Numbered from the stretch's first letter, positions 49,821 through 60,888 are shown. The stretch: 64,000 nt of DNA from an uncultured Candidatus Saccharibacteria bacterium (GCA_964357615.1 CAYHMC010000007.1:4896-68895), one strand, 5' to 3'. The notes: generated by a model from the letters alone, not told the origin. Program-made: numbers and translations.

Positions 49821-51356
49821 ATGATAAATTTAATTGTAAAAAATAAATTTGCGTTTATATCTTTTGTTAGTGGATTTACATTGATGGCTGTTGAAATAAT
49901 TGCATCTAGAATAATTGCTCCGATTGTTGGGTCATCACTATATACTTGGACAGCCATTATTGGCATTGTACTTTTGGGAATTTCGCTAGGCAACTACTTT
50001 GGTGGAAAAACTATTGATAAAAATCCAACGCAAAAAGTTATATCTTACTCACTTATATCATCAGCAATTTCAATTTCTTTAATTCCGCTTTTAGCAATTA
50101 TTGTTGAACCTATAGTTTTTTGGAATATTAGTCTTTTGCTAAAAGTTTCTCTCATTGCTATATTTCTTTTCTTTCTCCCTTCCTTTTTTCTAGGCACTAT
50201 TTTCCCATCTATTATAAGACTAAACCTAAACATTCTTTCGAGTGCCGGTCAGAATGCAGGGATAATTTCTGGACTTGGAGCGCTTGGAAGTATATTCGGA
50301 ACTTTTTTTACAGGATTTTTTCTTATTGGTTTTATTGGAAGCTCTATTTCGCTATATATTTTAGCTACAATTCTAGTGTTAACTTCTTTTATTTTTAACC
50401 AAAATATCAAAAATACTTCCTTAGCATTCTTACTAATTCTAACAGTTTGGATTATATACTCATACCAAACAAACAAAAAAGAAAATCTTATATTTGAATC
50501 CGAAAGTAATTACTACAATATCAAAGTCGCAAAGACCACATACAATAACACTGATACAAAAGTTTTGTTTTTAGATCTCGACAGTCACTCGCTAGAGGGG
50601 ATGGATGACAAAAAAATTGGTATTTATCAAGAAATTTCTCCAATTTTAAATGCGTTTACCAAAGATATAAAAAATGCGCTTGTAATCGGCGGTGGCTCCT
50701 ATCAAATACCAAAAGACTTAGTTAGATTGTTTGGAGCGAATGTAACTGTTATTGAAATCGACCCAGAAGTTACAAGAACTGCGGACAATTTTTTTGATGC
50801 AAAAAAATATAATATGCAAACTCATAATCTAGATGGACGCTTATTCTTAAAAACAAATGGAAAAAAATATGATGTTATTTTTGCAGATGCATTTAATTCA
50901 TTTATATCAATGCCTTGGTATATGGCCACAGAAGAAAATTTTGAATTATCGAGAAAGTCTTTGAGTAAAAATGGAATTTATGCGCTAAGCTTAATTTCAA
51001 GCATCGACGAAAAATATAATAGGCTATATCAAAGCTTATTAAAAACCTTCGCTGAAGTTTTTGATAACTATACTGTTCTAGCTTTAGGAAAAGAAAACAA
51101 CGACATTCAAAATATTATTATAATTGGAAAAAATTCAGATGAAAAAATAGACGAAGAAAAACTTAATTTTTTTATTTCTGAGTTTGCCAAAGAAGAAAAG
51201 GGCGGTATGCGAGTTAAAGCTTTTTTACATCCAAATCCAAACGCAGATGCTATTGTCCTTAGAGACGATTTTGCGCCAGTTGAAAGATTGACTTCAAAAC
51301 TAGTGGATGGTTATATAAATCAATATACTCGTTGGGCCTATTCAATAATTAAATAA
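49821..51356 (+). CDS. Fused MFS-like membrane domain/spermidine synthase-like SAM-dependent transferase
   Basis: MAVEIIASR..AP..GSS, GSIFGTF, LVIGGG, IEIDPEV, DGRLFL, YDVIFADAF, LRDDFAPVE. Confidence 0.9.
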   Translation: MINLIVKNKFAFISFVSGFTLMAVEIIASRIIAPIVGSSLYTWTAIIGIVLLGISLGNYFGGKTIDKNPTQKVISYSLISSAISISLIPLLAIIVEPIVFWNISLLLKVSLIAIFLFFLPSFFLGTIFPSIIRLNLNILSSAGQNAGIISGLGALGSIFGTFFTGFFLIGFIGSSISLYILATILVLTSFIFNQNIKNTSLAFLLILTVWIIYSYQTNKKENLIFESESNYYNIKVAKTTYNNTDTKVLFLDLDSHSLEGMDDKKIGIYQEISPILNAFTKDIKNALVIGGGSYQIPKDLVRLFGANVTVIEIDPEVTRTADNFFDAKKYNMQTHNLDGRLFLKTNGKKYDVIFADAFNSFISMPWYMATEENFELSRKSLSKNGIYALSLISSIDEKYNRLYQSLLKTFAEVFDNYTVLALGKENNDIQNIIIIGKNSDEKIDEEKLNFFISEFAKEEKGGMRVKAFLHPNPNADAIVLRDDFAPVERLTSKLVDGYINQYTRWAYSIIK

Positions 51357-51361
51357 AATAA

Positions 51362-53476
51362 ATGGAAAATAAAGTAGATTCACATAAGAATTTAACTCTG
51401 TATTTCGCAGTTTTTGTTTCTAGCACTGCTATTATGGCGCTAGAAATTTTAGGCTTTAGTATAATTTCGCCACACTTTGGAAATGGATTAGCTGTTACTT
51501 CGAATCTTATTGCGTTGGTACTATTGGGGTTAGCGTTAGGTTATTATCACGGCGGAAATATTGCTAATCAAAAATCAAACACAAAAACTCTATCGGATAT
51601 ATTTTTTTTAGTAGCAATTTATGTTGGTATAGTTTTTTCGCTTAGAGACCACATTAGCTCGTTTATAAGAGTGGCCATTCCAAGCATTCCAATTGGATCA
51701 TTGGTCACAATAACCATTCTTTTTGTTCCAATAAGTTTTTTCTTTGGAATTGTTTTACCATACTCAATTAAATTAGTGGTTAAAAATATTAAAAATTCCG
51801 GCAAATCATCTGGGGTAATTTATGCCCTTTCTTCTTTTGGTAGTATAACCGGCACATTAGTAGCTGGTTTCGTACTCATTCCATATTTCAGCTTAACCAA
51901 CTCTTTAACATTAATTATCGCTTTAATTTTACTTACTGGAATTTTTCTTCAGCCCAAAAAAGCTTATTTTCTTTTGTTTATTCCTGTTATTTATGGATCC
52001 TTGGAATTTACAAAAAACTATAATTTTGAAAAAGTTTTGTATGGCGGAAATTCAACCGCGTTTGAGGGCGCGATTAAACTCAATAGAGAAAAAATGGTTA
52101 AAATAGATGATATTTTTAGTCAGTATAATAGAATTCGTATTTACGAAGGAGTCGACGAAACAACCAACAGAAAACTCAGGTTGCTTAGGGTTAACAAAGA
52201 AATCCATTCTGGAACATTCTTAGACAGCAATGAATTAATTTTCAAATATGCGAAATTTAATAAATTAGCTGGACATTTTAATTCCAAAGCAAAAAAAGCA
52301 CTATTAATCGGTGGTGGTGGATATTCTTATGCTAAATTTTTTCTTGGCGACACTCCGCTTCATGACACGCTTAAAGAGTGGTCGTTAAATGGAAAAATTT
52401 ACTCAAATGACAACAAAGTAACCGTGCCGATACTTATATCATCGAATGCGGACTTGGTTTCCAAAAAAAGAATTTTGATTGGCGAATCGCTACTTAAACC
52501 ACTTGGTTCGGAGCTAGAAGGGACTAAAAATTTTCTTGAAGCCGAAAATCAATTTCTACAATCAGTAAACAAAACTTCGAGCTCTACTGTCATTGCAAAA
52601 AAAGCAGAAATATATGACACGGGACTACCCTGTAATGATGGTTATGTTCATGTTCACGAAATAAGCAAAAATGGAATGCCAGAGGATGGCAAAATTATCA
52701 GCCCAAACATACCAATTAACGCCGAGGTAAACAAACAGGGCCTTGTAATTGGCCACAGCAAACTATTTACTGGAGCAACGACATCTATATCAATTACTCT
52801 TGATAGAAAAATTAAAGATAACGAAGTTCTAAATGTGATGTTGCACCGAGATAATTGCAATGGGAGATTTGACCCAATATTAGTCGATGGCTACGAAAAA
52901 ATAGAATCTCTGGATGTTGTAGAAATTGATCCCAAGATGCGAGAGGTGGCAGTAAAATATTTCGGCTTAATCGAAAACGACCCAAGGCTAAAAATATTCG
53001 AAGAGGATGGCAGAACTTATATAAATAACACAAAAGAAAAATATGACAATATTTATATAGATGCGATGTTGAGTTTTTATAGTATGCCATATCAATTAAC
53101 TACAACAGAAGCAATAAGTCGCCTGTACAATATCTTAAACGATAACGGCTTGGTAATTGTAAACATTCCAGGAGCACTAACTGGTGAATATAGTAAATTT
53201 TTTCAAGCTGAATATTTAACTTATAAAAAAATCTTTCCTGTTGTGCAAGCATATGCAGTCTCTTCATTAGAAAAAGAAACTACTATTCAAAACATAGTGT
53301 TAATTGCATTTAAAGCGGATAAAATAAGAGAAACTTTAAATGACGAACAAGAGATTAGTGCCATGCTAGATAATGCCTGGAGGGGAAGCGTAGAGAAAGA
53401 AACTCCGATATTAACAGACGACTATGCTCCAGTAGATTATTTTAATAATGCCCTTGTAAATATACCGACATTATAA
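51362..53476 (+). CDS. Fused MFS/spermidine synthase-like protein with a ~190-aa inserted domain
   Basis: Same architecture; LLIGGGGYS and DVVEIDP are separated by an insert containing GYVHVHE...IGHS...MLHRDNCNGRFD. Confidence 0.88.
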   Translation: MENKVDSHKNLTLYFAVFVSSTAIMALEILGFSIISPHFGNGLAVTSNLIALVLLGLALGYYHGGNIANQKSNTKTLSDIFFLVAIYVGIVFSLRDHISSFIRVAIPSIPIGSLVTITILFVPISFFFGIVLPYSIKLVVKNIKNSGKSSGVIYALSSFGSITGTLVAGFVLIPYFSLTNSLTLIIALILLTGIFLQPKKAYFLLFIPVIYGSLEFTKNYNFEKVLYGGNSTAFEGAIKLNREKMVKIDDIFSQYNRIRIYEGVDETTNRKLRLLRVNKEIHSGTFLDSNELIFKYAKFNKLAGHFNSKAKKALLIGGGGYSYAKFFLGDTPLHDTLKEWSLNGKIYSNDNKVTVPILISSNADLVSKKRILIGESLLKPLGSELEGTKNFLEAENQFLQSVNKTSSSTVIAKKAEIYDTGLPCNDGYVHVHEISKNGMPEDGKIISPNIPINAEVNKQGLVIGHSKLFTGATTSISITLDRKIKDNEVLNVMLHRDNCNGRFDPILVDGYEKIESLDVVEIDPKMREVAVKYFGLIENDPRLKIFEEDGRTYINNTKEKYDNIYIDAMLSFYSMPYQLTTTEAISRLYNILNDNGLVIVNIPGALTGEYSKFFQAEYLTYKKIFPVVQAYAVSSLEKETTIQNIVLIAFKADKIRETLNDEQEISAMLDNAWRGSVEKETPILTDDYAPVDYFNNALVNIPTL

Positions 53477-53479
53477 AAG

Positions 53480-54070
53480 CTATGCGGATCTAAGCGAAAT
53501 AACTGAATTAACTAACGACGCCAGTGAAAGAATAATGACTATTGTTGTATTGCCATAATTAGGAATAAGAAAAAAACTAACTAAGATAATTCCTAAAATA
53601 CTCCCAATTGTTCCAATTCCATACAAAAGTCCGCTAACTGAAGCAACGGAGTCTATATTTTTTGTTGCTAACCGAATAGCATATGTTGTTGTCATGCTTA
53701 AAAAAAATGTGGGCAATGCAAGTAAATAAATCGCAGCAATGAGCCCGCTAAGTCCATAGTTAGAAGAATTAACTAAAACATGAACTGAATCTTTAAGTGG
53801 CAAAATAAGAAGAATAAAAAAACCAGCCTCGAAAGATATTGTTGCTAAGATTTTTCTGCTAATTTTTTTATCGGCAATATAACCGCCGATGTAATAGCCG
53901 AACGAGGATGCAAATAAAATAACCCCAATCACTGCAGACCAAACCGTAATTGTTGTTCCAACAAATGGAGCAAGAATTCGCACCCCCAAAATTTCAAGAG
54001 CCAAAATAACTGCTCCATTTATAAACAGTATATAATGAATACTATACTTTTTTGATATAAATTTGCTCAT
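53480..54070 (-). CDS. Stand-alone membrane domain of the fused MFS/spermidine synthase family
   Basis: LALEILGVRILAPFVG, GYYIGGYIAD, GTIGSILG...LIP; no catalytic domain. Confidence 0.85.
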   Translation of the reverse strand: MSKFISKKYSIHYILFINGAVILALEILGVRILAPFVGTTITVWSAVIGVILFASSFGYYIGGYIADKKISRKILATISFEAGFFILLILPLKDSVHVLVNSSNYGLSGLIAAIYLLALPTFFLSMTTTYAIRLATKNIDSVASVSGLLYGIGTIGSILGIILVSFFLIPNYGNTTIVIILSLASLVNSVISLRSA

Positions 54071-54173
54071 AATTTTTTGACTAACTTATGAAGTTTATCT
54101 TTTGTATTTTGCTTAAGTCAAATAATATTGTATAAACCTATTGAATCATAAATTCAAAAAAATACAACCACAA

Positions 54174-54971
54174 ATGCAAAAACTAGGCCAACATTTTTTA
54201 AAAGATAAATCTGTTTTAGAAAAAATAATTACAGCAATTGATTTTGGAATCAACGAAAATATAATTGAGGTTGGCCCAGGTCATGGAGAACTCACAAATC
54301 TTATTGTAAGGGAGTTAAAAAAAAATAATGGGAAATTGGTAATGATTGAGAAAGATAGCAAGCTATTTTTAGAACTGCAGGAAAATTTCAATAATTCTAA
54401 TCACATTATCTTAGAAGGCGATGCTTTAAAGATTGTACCAAAGCTAGTAGACAGCAAAGAATTTAAAAATAAAAAATACAAAATAGTAGGCAATATTCCA
54501 TACTATATAACTGGATACCTCCTTAGGGTAATTGGCGAATCTAAGTCAAAACCTCAAATATGCGTGTTCACAATTCAAAATGAAGTAGCAGATCGAATAA
54601 ATGCTAAACCACCACATATGAATTTGCTTGCGGCCTCGGTTCAAATATGGGCTGATACAAAAATTATTTCTAGAGTTCCACGCGGAGCATTTAGCCCACC
54701 GCCAAAAGTACAAAGTGCTGTTATAAAACTCACAACTAAAACAATGGGGATTCCAAAAAGTGATTTACTTAATTACTATAAATTTTTACACACAATATTT
54801 AAACAGCCGAGAAAAACCATATTAAACAATTTGGTGTCTGGTTTAAATAAAAATAGAGAAGAATTAGTTTCTGGCCTTATTCAGCTTAATTTAGACCCTA
54901 TTATTAGACCGCAAAACTTAAAAATTGAAGAAATAATCAAACTTTTTGAATTATTTTACAAAAATGATTAG
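54174..54971 (+). CDS. rsmA: 16S rRNA m6,2A dimethyltransferase RsmA/KsgA
   Basis: LGQHFL, IEVGPGHG, GNIPYYIT, FSPPPKVQSAV. Confidence 0.96.
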   Translation: MQKLGQHFLKDKSVLEKIITAIDFGINENIIEVGPGHGELTNLIVRELKKNNGKLVMIEKDSKLFLELQENFNNSNHIILEGDALKIVPKLVDSKEFKNKKYKIVGNIPYYITGYLLRVIGESKSKPQICVFTIQNEVADRINAKPPHMNLLAASVQIWADTKIISRVPRGAFSPPPKVQSAVIKLTTKTMGIPKSDLLNYYKFLHTIFKQPRKTILNNLVSGLNKNREELVSGLIQLNLDPIIRPQNLKIEEIIKLFELFYKND

Positions 54972-55057
54972 GGTCAGCGGACACAATTAACCTTATTTAG
55001 TTAAATTGGCATAGTTATCCCCATGTGGCTATATATTAGAATGCTATAATATAGGGG

Positions 55058-55933
55058 ATGTTAATCTATGTGAAAAAGTTCACCGTTTTCGCACTTATTT
55101 CAGTGGGTGCGAGCTTTGTACTCTTCTTATTTTTTGGTAATGCTAACCCAACAATCAACTCATTTGATGTTTTGGGGAACAAAAATATCTCGCTATCCGG
55201 ACAATCTCAGCCAACTGGCATATTCAATAGATTTATTGATGGTGCATCAATGGTGCTTGGCATCAGTAGCTCAAACACAACGGCTAATAATAGCATCGAC
55301 CAAATAAACAATGTATCAAACCTAACCGAAATCTTTGCGAAGCTTATTGCCGGTAAAATGATCGAGGGTAATCCTAATGGATCGCAACAAATCGGTGGGC
55401 AAGAATCATTTATTTTACCAGGCAACTTAAATTTGGCAGACCCAGGACTTCAACAAAAAATGATTGCGTATAAAAATGAAGCATTATCTCCCTTCGTTGA
55501 CATAAAAAAATTTAATACAACAGAAACAACAAAGAAAGAAGATCTTACTAAATACATCCTACTTATTCATAGCAGCTACAGAGAAATTGTTGATATGGCT
55601 GAACACAATTTTAATGCTGATTCTTTCGGCGATGTTATAAAAAATTATTTAGTCCTTGGTCAAATTTCTGAAAAATATTTAAGCGCGCTCTACAGCATTC
55701 AAGTACCCACAGTTTTAATTGATTTTCATAAAAAAATAACAATGGCTAGTGAAGCTCAAAAAAATATTGCTTTTGCATTACTTGACCATAAAAATGATCC
55801 GCTTAAGGCAAGTATGGTTGGTGAACTTCAAGAAGAATTAAATGCGCTATATATTAAACTTGCAAAAGAAGAAATAGGGCTTGTAGCAAAATTAGAAATA
55901 CCAGTCAATCTAAAACTTTTAATTTCGGAATAA
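55058..55933 (+). CDS. Membrane-anchored hypothetical protein, first gene of the T4SS locus
   Basis: N-terminal TM, NLTE motif, helical C-terminus; co-oriented with T4SS genes. Confidence 0.75.
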   Translation: MLIYVKKFTVFALISVGASFVLFLFFGNANPTINSFDVLGNKNISLSGQSQPTGIFNRFIDGASMVLGISSSNTTANNSIDQINNVSNLTEIFAKLIAGKMIEGNPNGSQQIGGQESFILPGNLNLADPGLQQKMIAYKNEALSPFVDIKKFNTTETTKKEDLTKYILLIHSSYREIVDMAEHNFNADSFGDVIKNYLVLGQISEKYLSALYSIQVPTVLIDFHKKITMASEAQKNIAFALLDHKNDPLKASMVGELQEELNALYIKLAKEEIGLVAKLEIPVNLKLLISE

Positions 55934-55941
55934 AAATAGCT

Positions 55942-57363
55942 ATGCTTAAGAATACAATTATAATTTTATTACTGTTTTCAATTAGTATCGCCTCCGTTGT
56001 GCCACGCACAGCACATGCCATTCCAGTGCTTGATTTACCAGATATAGCAGCAAATGTAGGCAAATGGATTCTCGGACAAATTGAAGCTCAATATAAAAGA
56101 GCTTTGGATAAATGGTTTCAATATGTTTGGAAAGTACTTTTGGAAGAATTTAAGCTTAAAGTTTTAGATATTTTAAATGAGCAAATAGTGAGTTGGATTA
56201 CCGAGGGTGAAAATGAAGTAGCTAAATTTATTGGAAATTGGGAAACATATCTAGGCGGAGCTTATAAATATGGCTACAATAGCGTCGGCGGTGAACTTAG
56301 ACTGTCTACTATGTGTGGTCAATTTAAAGACGCTATCGTAAATACAAATTGGGAATTTTCAGACCAACCAGCAACCTTAAATTCATTGTTTGTAGATAAA
56401 GTAAATTGCTCACTAGACCCACTTTTAGCAAACTTAGGCACCACAATACAAGATTATCAAAAAGATTTTAGAAATGGTGGTTGGATTGCATACCGAGAGC
56501 AAAAAATGAAACTTCAAAATACTTATTTGGGTTCTTATTTTCTTGCATCAGACGAAGCTATTAGTCGTGGTCGCACAAAAGAAAACGCAGCCCTACAACA
56601 AGGTGTGGCGAGTAAAGGTTTTATTCCGGTAAAACGCTGTATCGAGGATTTAGCGCCTGGTGCTGCTGGACCACCAAATCCAAACGCTTGCGCAGAATTT
56701 CAAATTACTTCTCCAGCTTCAGTTTTTGAAAGTGCATTGGATGCTGCCACACAAGGAAGATTTAGTTATGTTATAAATGCAGATCAAATGGTTCAGATGG
56801 TACTCGTTGTTGCTGAATCATTTGCAAATAAATTAATTAAGTCCGGCGTGGATGGGTTATTTAATTATGGGGGAGGAAACACTCCGTCTAGCGGATATGT
56901 AGATAACACTTCAGCAAACGATTGCTTAGCACTCGACCCAACAGGAGAACTCTGCAGACATCAAGCGGGGTCCGGACCAACCGCTTCTGGTGTTCCCCAA
57001 GATGCGAAACAAGATGGCGGAACATGTACAGCGAATACTGATTGCTTTTCTACAATCTGTGGAGCTGGAGGAGTATGTATTTCTCCGGTTTCAAACGGTT
57101 CTGGTTGTAATGAAAATCGCGAATGTAAGTCAAGTTTATGCGGTCCAACAAACACTTGCATTGATACCTTGGCAAATGGCGCTGGCTGTAATCAAGATTA
57201 CCAGTGCCGAACAGGTTACTGCTCTCCATCAACTAATAAATGTGCCGATGTGCCACCCGCAAATGAAGGCTTATTAGGAGGTCCCTGCAAACAACCAGGG
57301 TCCACCTGCAATTCTGGCGCAAGATGTAATTTCTCGACATTCATTTGTGTTCCAGTAATATAA
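55942..57363 (+). CDS. Secreted T4SS-associated protein with C-terminal Cys-rich repeats
   Basis: Signal peptide AHA|IPVLD; repeats of the form GxxCxxxxxCxSxxCxxxxxC. Confidence 0.75.
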   Translation: MLKNTIIILLLFSISIASVVPRTAHAIPVLDLPDIAANVGKWILGQIEAQYKRALDKWFQYVWKVLLEEFKLKVLDILNEQIVSWITEGENEVAKFIGNWETYLGGAYKYGYNSVGGELRLSTMCGQFKDAIVNTNWEFSDQPATLNSLFVDKVNCSLDPLLANLGTTIQDYQKDFRNGGWIAYREQKMKLQNTYLGSYFLASDEAISRGRTKENAALQQGVASKGFIPVKRCIEDLAPGAAGPPNPNACAEFQITSPASVFESALDAATQGRFSYVINADQMVQMVLVVAESFANKLIKSGVDGLFNYGGGNTPSSGYVDNTSANDCLALDPTGELCRHQAGSGPTASGVPQDAKQDGGTCTANTDCFSTICGAGGVCISPVSNGSGCNENRECKSSLCGPTNTCIDTLANGAGCNQDYQCRTGYCSPSTNKCADVPPANEGLLGGPCKQPGSTCNSGARCNFSTFICVPVI

Positions 57364-57436
57364 ATTATTTTCTAAGCTAGGTTACCCTACCAACCGCAAA
57401 AAAATAATCGCTAATAAAATTTCTAAAATTCAAATA

Positions 57437-59626
57437 ATGTTTTACTCTTTAAAAAAATACTTAAATAAATACAGAAATTCTCTAATTTTTTTGGTTTTTT
57501 TGTTTTTGGTTGTGGGGACTGTTTTTGTTTCTTATCCAAATGATGTTTTGGCTGCAGTTAGTATTGACGGCGCTGGAAATGACGGCAAAACTCTTCCGCC
57601 CTCAGATACTGCTGGTTGTGGCGAAGGAATTACAAGCTTTTTAGAAATTGGATGTTTAATTGCAAGAATTAATGGGTGGATTGGATGGGCTGCTGGATGG
57701 ATGATTATGCTTGTTATGTCGATACTAGAAATTGCCCTTGAAATCAATGGTAAGGTTTTACAACTACCCGCAGTACAATTAGGATGGAGTTTTACTCGTG
57801 ATGTAGCAAACATGGGTTTTGTTCTTGGAATGATTGTTATTGCTTTTGCCACTATACTTCGAAGCCAATCTTATGGAGTTAAACAACTAATAGTTAGATT
57901 AATTGTTGCCGCTGTTGCCGTAAACTTGAGCCTTAGCGTGGCGGGCGTTTTTATGGATGTGGCGGCAATTCCTACTCAGTTTTTTATGGACAAAATAACA
58001 GGGCCACTAGATAGTGGTCCAGGTGGCTTTTCTAAAACACTAAGCGCAGCTTTTAACATTCAAAACATAGAAACTATTAATGTAACTTCCCAAACCACAC
58101 TTAGTGGAACCGCAAAGGCAACCGGCATTGTTGCGAGTGTCTTTTTCTCGTTAATTTTTTCATTTGTAATCTTGATAACTCTAATGACTCTGACTTATAT
58201 GTTTCTTCATAGATTCATTGCTTTAGCCATTTTAATGATCTTAATGCCACTTGCAATACTTTCCTGGGTTTTTCCTGGGTTGCGTGGAAGATGGAGTACA
58301 TGGCTCGGAAAATTTATGCAGTGGACTTTTTTTGCACCAATTTCTATGTTCTTTCTGCACTTGGCAGTCTACACCGTGAAAGCCCAAGGTGGTTATATTA
58401 CTAGCGCCGCAAACACATTAAAAACAGCGGCACTTGGTTCTGGAACAGCTTTTGAACAATCAATTTTAATTGGAACAAATGACCCAGTATTGCTTGTGAC
58501 AAATATGGTTTTAATGGTTCTACTAACATTGGGTGGATTGTTTGCCGCTCAATCAATGAGCATACAGGGAGCTTCGTACGGAATGAAATTAGCAACATCT
58601 GGATCGCAAAGAATCTTAAGGGGTGGAACAACTGTACCAGCAGCAGCAGTTGGTCGTTGGGCTGGAAATCGCGCTATGACATATGGATCTACGGTTGGTG
58701 AAGATGGGAAATCTACCACAAATTCGTACGCACAAAGTATGGCAACTAGACTAGCCTCAGTAAAAGTTGCGGGCATGAACGTGGGACGCTTCTTTAGTGG
58801 CGCCTCTGAAAAAATTAATAAAAAAGTTACTGAGGTGCAGAAGGGCGCCGAGGAACAGCGCACGCGTTTTGACACTCAAACAAAAAGCTATAGAGCTGCG
58901 ACTCTTGATCGCCTAACCACCGTGGCAAACCCAGAAATGGCTTCTGGATTACTACTCGCCATGGCAAAGAAAGGTGAGCTTCGCGACGCCGACCCAGAAA
59001 AACAAAAGGCAATAGACGAGAAAATTACAGAGCTTTTGGGCAAGCTTATTGAGACGAATAGCGGAAAAGAATTCGCTAGCTATTTGCCAGAATACGCAAG
59101 TGTGCTTGGTCAAGAAATTAGTAAAATTATGCCGAAAACAAACACTGAAACTTATGCCGAGATGAAAGCCAGCACATTTAAGTCAGATAGTGGTGATTCA
59201 GGCAGGGATAAAGCCGCGACTGACGCAGTTCTTTATGCTTCATCTTCGGGGCTTAAAACAATTGCTGACCGCAACCCTGAAGCTGTTGGTGAAATAATGA
59301 AAACATTTGAAAAAATTAGATTAAGTTTTGAGGGATTTGATGAAGCAAAAACGCGCAAAGACATAGCCGACAATGCTAACTCGACGGACGAAAAAGTAAA
59401 AGAGCAGGTCAAAGCGGATAACAAAAAACTACTGGAATACTCTCGCTACAGAACTCAAAAAGAAATACTTTATACTGACCCTGGTTTTTCTGGTGCTGCG
59501 GTTAATCAAAAAACGGTAGAATCCTTCCGTGATGAAAGATTTGCGAGAATGAATGGTGGCGGTGGCAACCAAAAGAGAACAGAAAAACCCGAAAATCTTG
59601 ACGAGCGTGGCCGAAGAATGAATTAA
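57437..59626 (+). CDS. VirB6/TrbL-like polytopic T4SS membrane protein
   Basis: GWSFTRDVAN...AFATIL, RFIALAILMILMPLA, W..W..KFMQWTFFAP; long soluble tail; T4SS context. Confidence 0.8.
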   Translation: MFYSLKKYLNKYRNSLIFLVFLFLVVGTVFVSYPNDVLAAVSIDGAGNDGKTLPPSDTAGCGEGITSFLEIGCLIARINGWIGWAAGWMIMLVMSILEIALEINGKVLQLPAVQLGWSFTRDVANMGFVLGMIVIAFATILRSQSYGVKQLIVRLIVAAVAVNLSLSVAGVFMDVAAIPTQFFMDKITGPLDSGPGGFSKTLSAAFNIQNIETINVTSQTTLSGTAKATGIVASVFFSLIFSFVILITLMTLTYMFLHRFIALAILMILMPLAILSWVFPGLRGRWSTWLGKFMQWTFFAPISMFFLHLAVYTVKAQGGYITSAANTLKTAALGSGTAFEQSILIGTNDPVLLVTNMVLMVLLTLGGLFAAQSMSIQGASYGMKLATSGSQRILRGGTTVPAAAVGRWAGNRAMTYGSTVGEDGKSTTNSYAQSMATRLASVKVAGMNVGRFFSGASEKINKKVTEVQKGAEEQRTRFDTQTKSYRAATLDRLTTVANPEMASGLLLAMAKKGELRDADPEKQKAIDEKITELLGKLIETNSGKEFASYLPEYASVLGQEISKIMPKTNTETYAEMKASTFKSDSGDSGRDKAATDAVLYASSSGLKTIADRNPEAVGEIMKTFEKIRLSFEGFDEAKTRKDIADNANSTDEKVKEQVKADNKKLLEYSRYRTQKEILYTDPGFSGAAVNQKTVESFRDERFARMNGGGGNQKRTEKPENLDERGRRMN

Positions 59627-59662
59627 GTTATGTAAAAAGTGTAAAGTAATTTTATTAAAAGT

Positions 59663-60853
59663 ATGAATAATTCAATAACCCTTAAAAATATTCCACCAGA
59701 AATTCGTTCTTGGCTTGCATCGGCCGCAACAGCGGACGAAATAAGACGAATAAATGTTGAACTTAACTTACAGGAAAACGACATAGTGTTTATTCCTTTT
59801 CTTATTTTTAAACTAGCCTCAAAGGATATTGAGCCAGCGAACTTTGCTCAAGAATTAAGCGATTGGATTAGTATACCCATTGGATCAGCGCGCACGATTG
59901 CTGCGGAAATTAAGGAAAAAATTCTTACACCTATTGCTTCGCCTCTTAAAGAGTTTGGGGTTGACATAAGTCTTATAAGCCAAGTAGAAGATTCAATTAA
60001 ACACCCTGTTATTGCTCCAATACCACCTCCGCCACCAATAAAAATATCCTACCAACCACCACCACCTCCGGCTATGGGTGGATCAATTAATACAAACTTG
60101 GGTGGTGGAGCAGTTGTTGAAATTCAAAAAACTAAAGGAAAAATTCACATTATTGGTGATGCTCACGAACATAGCGCCAATGAAAAAATTGCAGTCGATG
60201 ATGGTGTTATTGCTCCTTTAATTAATCAAAAAAATATTGCTCAAAATTTACCGGTATCTCCCGCGCTAAAAGAAGAAAAACACTCAGCGTGGCCACCCGC
60301 ACCACAACCAACCAACCAAACAAAGCCAGAAATTAAAAAAACGGCCGCTGAAACCAATACAGAAGGGGAGGCTGTTCCATTTATCCTACACAAAGAAACT
60401 CCATTTACTCCAGTTTTAAAGGAACATGAGTGGAAACCGCCCGCCATGAATAAGCCACTAACTAGCACTCCACCTTTTAAACCAAGCGCAAATGCTAGCT
60501 TCACTGCAATCAAACCTCCACCACAAGGACCTGTTGTGCCCGTAATTCCAGGAACAAACTTTAACCCACAACAAAAAATTACTCCACCTGCACCACCAAA
60601 CAACTTATCCTCGGGACTACCAAAAAAAATCGTGGAGTTACCTAGGATTGTAAATTTTGATGCCGACAGTAATTTGCCAAATGCGCCTATAAGCAAAAAT
60701 CCAATTGTAAATCTTAAAGCCGAACCTCAAAAAACTGATATGAAAACACCTCACAATCTAAACCAAGAACTTGTAAAACCAAGTGTGGCTCCAGTTAAGC
60801 CACAACTCGAGCCAACACCAAGCACAAAAAACAATACAGTAGACTTAAGGTAA
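59663..60853 (+). CDS. Pro-rich hypothetical protein of the T4SS locus
   Basis: Helical N-domain, Pro-rich disordered region, ends NTVDLR. Confidence 0.75.
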   Translation: MNNSITLKNIPPEIRSWLASAATADEIRRINVELNLQENDIVFIPFLIFKLASKDIEPANFAQELSDWISIPIGSARTIAAEIKEKILTPIASPLKEFGVDISLISQVEDSIKHPVIAPIPPPPPIKISYQPPPPPAMGGSINTNLGGGAVVEIQKTKGKIHIIGDAHEHSANEKIAVDDGVIAPLINQKNIAQNLPVSPALKEEKHSAWPPAPQPTNQTKPEIKKTAAETNTEGEAVPFILHKETPFTPVLKEHEWKPPAMNKPLTSTPPFKPSANASFTAIKPPPQGPVVPVIPGTNFNPQQKITPPAPPNNLSSGLPKKIVELPRIVNFDADSNLPNAPISKNPIVNLKAEPQKTDMKTPHNLNQELVKPSVAPVKPQLEPTPSTKNNTVDLR

Positions 60854-60888
60854 ATAGTTTTCTTAAATTTTATCGGTTAGATTAAACT

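Noticed and set aside
52330-52905. Intein in the spermidine-synthase-like gene
   Set aside because: No C/S start with HN-C/S/T end and no LAGLIDADG motifs; it looks like a folded domain insertion
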